Assembly: GCA_963701295.1 (NCBI GenBank)
Contig: OY969585.1
Span: 1,600,001-1,664,000 of the forward strand
Direction of reading: 5' to 3'
DNA: 64,000 nucleotides
From: Ignavibacteriota bacterium
Lineage (GTDB): Bacteria; Bacteroidota; Ignavibacteria; UBA10030
The position numbers and the translations under genes were made by a program. Shown here piece after piece: positions 60,526-64,000 of the stretch. The notes under the pieces are model-generated. The model had not been told where the DNA came from, searched no databases, and saw nothing but the letters and a program-made list of their open reading frames with translations. Within the stretch, counting starts at the first letter, position 1. Every line of letters begins with the position of its first letter.

Positions 60526-62035
60526 TTGAACAAGATTAGTTTTATTCTCATCACATCGCTGCTCGTTGTTGCATTGAGTGCGACGGCATTTAGTGCCATC
60601 AAGACTGCATCAGTGACAGGCAACTGGAACTCCACTGCTACTTGGGGCGGTTCTGCAGTCCCAACAGCTACTGATGTTGTTATTATTAACAACGGTATTA
60701 CTGTAACAATCACTGCAACGGCAACCTGCGCTGACCTGACTATTAATAACGGTGGAATTCTTACTACGACTACTTATGGACTTACCGTTGCCGGTCCTTG
60801 GGTTAACAATGGCACATTCAATGCCGGAACTGGAACTGTCACTTTCAGCGGTACCACAGCGGCTATTAATGCAGGCACTGGAACGGGGAACTTCTACGCA
60901 ATAAGTTTACCTACAACGATCACTTATACTTTAACAATAAATACTTCTGTAGTTTGCGCTACTTTTACAATGCCTCAAAATACCAGTGGATCGAATATTG
61001 TCAACATTAGCGGAACAAACAAATTGACTGTTTTAGGACTTGTTACAATTAATCGTATTGTAGCTTTTAATGTTAACGCTGGAACATTAATTGCTGATTC
61101 TATAGATATGACTGGAGGTACTGCAAGCCATGTCGCAAGTTTAAATATTACAACTGGAACAGTTACTGTTTTGGGTAATATTGTGTTTAGTGGTGATATA
61201 ACAACGATACAAGAAATTACCATGGGTTCCGGAACATTGAATATTGGCGGCAACCTTGGAGCCGATGGAACATTTACTGCTGGAACAGGTACTGTAAATT
61301 TCGATGGCACTAGTGCACAGACCATTGGCGCATACACATACAATAATCTCACCATCGATAATTCGGCTGGTGCGACCGTACCTGCTGGAGGGATAACAGT
61401 AGATGGTACCTTAGATCTTATAGCAGGTGTATTAGATAATTCAACCAATAAAGTTACACTTGGACCGAGTGGAAGCGTAGTATATAATGGTGGTTCTTCA
61501 GGGAACCAGTGCGTTACTGAAATGGACAACAGCAACAGAGACGAACAACTCGGGCTTCCAAATTGAGCGAAGCGTTGAGGGATCCAATGTTTGGGCAGAA
61601 GTCGCGTTTGTCAACGGTGCAGGCACGAGCAGTTCACCGAAAACATATTCTTATGAAGATAAGAACCTTGCTCCCGGTAAGTATGTCTATCGCATGAAAC
61701 AAATAGACAACGATGGAAAGTTTACATACTATACTGCAAACATGCCGAAAGTGGATGCGGGAGTATCGAACACACTCCAACTGGGCGGCAATTATCCTAA
61801 TCCGTTTAACCCGACAACAAACATGCAGTTCTCAGTTCCACAAGATGGATATGCATCGTTGAAGGTGTATAACATGTTGGGTCAGGAAGTAGCGACGTTG
61901 TTTTCAGGGATAGCAAAAGCAGGACATTATATTCCAGCAACGTTCGATGCTTCAAGATTGGCATCCGGTATCTATTTTGCACGCTTGCAGTATAGCGGCA
62001 AGAGCTTAGTGCAAAGAATGCTGTTGATAAAGTAA
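60526..62035 (+). pseudogene. T9SS-type secreted paralog 3, disrupted by an out-of-frame deletion at about 61492
   Basis: The passenger ORF runs into VLQGTSALLKW in another frame. The LPVQxTSFTA linker present in paralogs 1 and 2 is missing. Confidence 0.75.
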
Positions 62036-62052
62036 TTTTATTCTTTTTGTGG

Positions 62053-62186
62053 AATCATCCCGACATGTTATTAGTCGGGATCTACAGTTTGCAAAAATGA
62101 TACTCACAACGCCTCGGCTGCGGTCGGGGCGTTGCTGTATGTCCTACAGTGCTGCCACAGAGATGTAACATCCGGTCGGTGACCGG
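62053..62186. repeat. Duplicated 3' intergenic unit (copy 2)
   Basis: Near-identical to 57186-57320. Confidence 0.85.
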
Positions 62187-62527
62187 CTTGCTTGCCGCAG
62201 GCAGGGATGTTATCCATCCAGTGGAGAAACCAATCCTACTTCACCCGATGTGAAGGAAGCCCGTCACAGAAAAATCAATTAAATGTTTTTCTAAATCCGT
62301 GTAAAAAGATGTACATCTTTCGTATTTCCCTTACAAACTACAGAATCCGGTTAAATCTAGGATCTTCATACATTATACCCATTTAAAGTTAGCATTAGCA
62401 CTTTTTAACAATTATTAGAGAATTCTAATTAGCATATTCTTGGTAAGGTTAATATACTTTATCAGTAAAAAAATCCACTACTACGAAATTTTAAAAACTA
62501 TCAATCACATTTTTCGAGGAGAGCTAT

Positions 62528-64000
62528 ATGAAAAAAATATTTCTACTTTTGTCATTAATAGTTTTAATGACACAATTAATTTGGGCAACAAAATATTATT
62601 CAAATGGAAACAATGCTCCAAATTTAGTAAATAGTTGGTGGACTAACACTAATGGGACAGGTTCAAATCCACTAAATTTCACTACTGCGAGTGATACACT
62701 CATTATCCAAGCGGGCCATACAATGACCACAACGGCAACATGGACTGTCAGTGGAACGGGTAGCTCAGTACAGATTAATGGTACTCTTGTTGCTTCAAAT
62801 ACGGTAACTTTACCGACAGCCTCAGCAGTTAACAGCGGCGGAACATATCAGCACAATATCAATGGTGGCACAATTCCAACAGCAACATGGGATGCGAATT
62901 CTACTTGCTCCGTGACTGGCGTAACAACCAGCATATGCACTACTGCTACTTCTACGTATGGTAATTTTATTTGGAACTGTCCTGGTCAAAATTTTACAAC
63001 TGCACAGGCGATGTCTACACTTAAAGTTAATAACCTGACAATTATGAATACGGGTACTAGTGGTACTTATAATCAATTTAGAGTCCAAGCACAAGCAGAT
63101 TCATTAATAAATGTAAATAATAATCTCAACATTAGTGGTGGAATAATGTGGGTTGCTGCACTAGGATGGCCAAAGAAATTGAATGTAGGCGGAAATGTAA
63201 CACTGACTGGCGGAGAACTAGACGTAGTTGGGACTGGTGGTACATTTAGTGGGACCCTTAATATAACAGGTAATTTATCTCTCTCTACCGCTGCTATTTT
63301 GGATTTATCCTCCGGTGCAGGTACAACTAGCACTGGAACAGTTAATCTTAAGGGTAATTACACACAAAGCGGAACAAGTATTGTTAGAGTATCAACTACA
63401 AGTACAGGTGATGGAGCTTTTAATTTTTCCGGCACATCTGCACAAACATTTTCTAAGAGTGGGGGGAGTATCTCTTGTAGTTCGGGAAATACACTTACCT
63501 TTACAATAAATAATAATGCAATTGTTGATTTCGGAACTTCAGTATTAGATAATGGTACAAGCGCTGGTAACGTTAACTTCGCTCTTGCTTTAGGAGGTAG
63601 TATTATCACTGCCCATTCGCAAGGTCTTTCAACAACAGTGGGAACGGGTTCAATACAAGTTGGCGGAACAAAAACATTCAATGCGGGAGCAAATTATATT
63701 TACAATGGAACAGGTGCCCAAGCAACCGGAACCGGTTTACCAACAACAGCTATTACTGGAGGTGTTACAATATTAAGTGGGGCATCAGTAACAACAACCA
63801 ATGCTATTGTGGAAAATGGTACGCTGACTGTAAACGGAACTTTAATTCCCGGTGCAGCAACTCAGGTGATGAGTGGTTCAGGCACACTCGCTGGATCCGG
63901 GACAGTACAGGTTAACCGGACGGCAGCAACTGCTGATTTTTCTTCGCAGTACACCATAACCAATAAGGCGTTAACAAATTTAACGGTTGAATATACAGTG
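62528..64000 (+). CDS. Fourth large secreted Gly/Thr/Asn-rich protein (runs off window end)
   Basis: Manual translation MKKIFLLLSLIVLMTQLIWATKYYSNGNNAPNLVNSWWTNTNGTGSNP... with a GAGGAG RBS. The frame appears open to the window end; the C-terminus is not visible. Confidence 0.8.
   Translation, partial: MKKIFLLLSLIVLMTQLIWATKYYSNGNNAPNLVNSWWTNTNGTGSNPLNFTTASDTLIIQAGHTMTTTATWTVSGTGSSVQINGTLVASNTVTLPTASAVNSGGTYQHNINGGTIPTATWDANSTCSVTGVTTSICTTATSTYGNFIWNCPGQNFTTAQAMSTLKVNNLTIMNTGTSGTYNQFRVQAQADSLINVNNNLNISGGIMWVAALGWPKKLNVGGNVTLTGGELDVVGTGGTFSGTLNITGNLSLSTAAILDLSSGAGTTSTGTVNLKGNYTQSGTSIVRVSTTSTGDGAFNFSGTSAQTFSKSGGSISCSSGNTLTFTINNNAIVDFGTSVLDNGTSAGNVNFALALGGSIITAHSQGLSTTVGTGSIQVGGTKTFNAGANYIYNGTGAQATGTGLPTTAITGGVTILSGASVTTTNAIVENGTLTVNGTLIPGAATQVMSGSGTLAGSGTVQVNRTAATADFSSQYTITNKALTNLTVEYTV

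Noticed and set aside
53630-62035. Diversity-generating retroelement or invertase shufflon behind the repeats
   Set aside because: No reverse transcriptase or recombinase in the window, the repeats are direct, and the differences are not visibly adenine-specific.
1-64000. CRISPR arrays, tRNA/rRNA genes, transposases, prophage genes
   Set aside because: No regularly spaced repeats, cloverleaf/rRNA signatures or matching ORFs seen by eye; a tRNAscan/Infernal run would be decisive.

Overview
This is a moderately AT-rich bacterial window. Its gene content (T9SS/Por-secretion C-terminal domains, GWxTD, DUF3108, DGGGP-synthase-like UbiA) points to the FCB group, most likely Ignavibacteriota; the taxon is inferred. 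0-13 kb is a minus-strand housekeeping/envelope run: pncB, yraN, rnhB, UbiA, BamA/TamA, GWxTD, rimO, cdsA, CAAX protease, DHS-like, DUF3108, GT9 and a redoxin. 13.7-17 kb is an arcE-like GTPase/OTC/carbamate kinase cluster, i.e. an arginine-synthetase-type pathway with no arcA in the window. 18.7-24 kb is an unexplained signalling module: two lipoyl-less GcvH-like proteins, a heme-c-motif sensor kinase, a sigma54 activator and an archaemetzincin. 24-35 kb holds further signalling genes flanked by a recurring GTCAGGA-N6-TCCTGAC palindrome, plus a B12 radical SAM protein. 35-47 kb has uronate catabolism genes, SodC, a GH3 and an OmpR two-component system. 48-53 kb is a split corrinoid methyltransferase cluster with no folate module, followed by an ExuT-like transporter. 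53.6-64 kb is a tandem mosaic array of four T9SS-type surface proteins. Four frameshifts are each single +1 insertions and are probably sequencing errors. I saw no rRNA, tRNA, CRISPR array or transposase. All product calls come from motif recognition by eye, not database searches.
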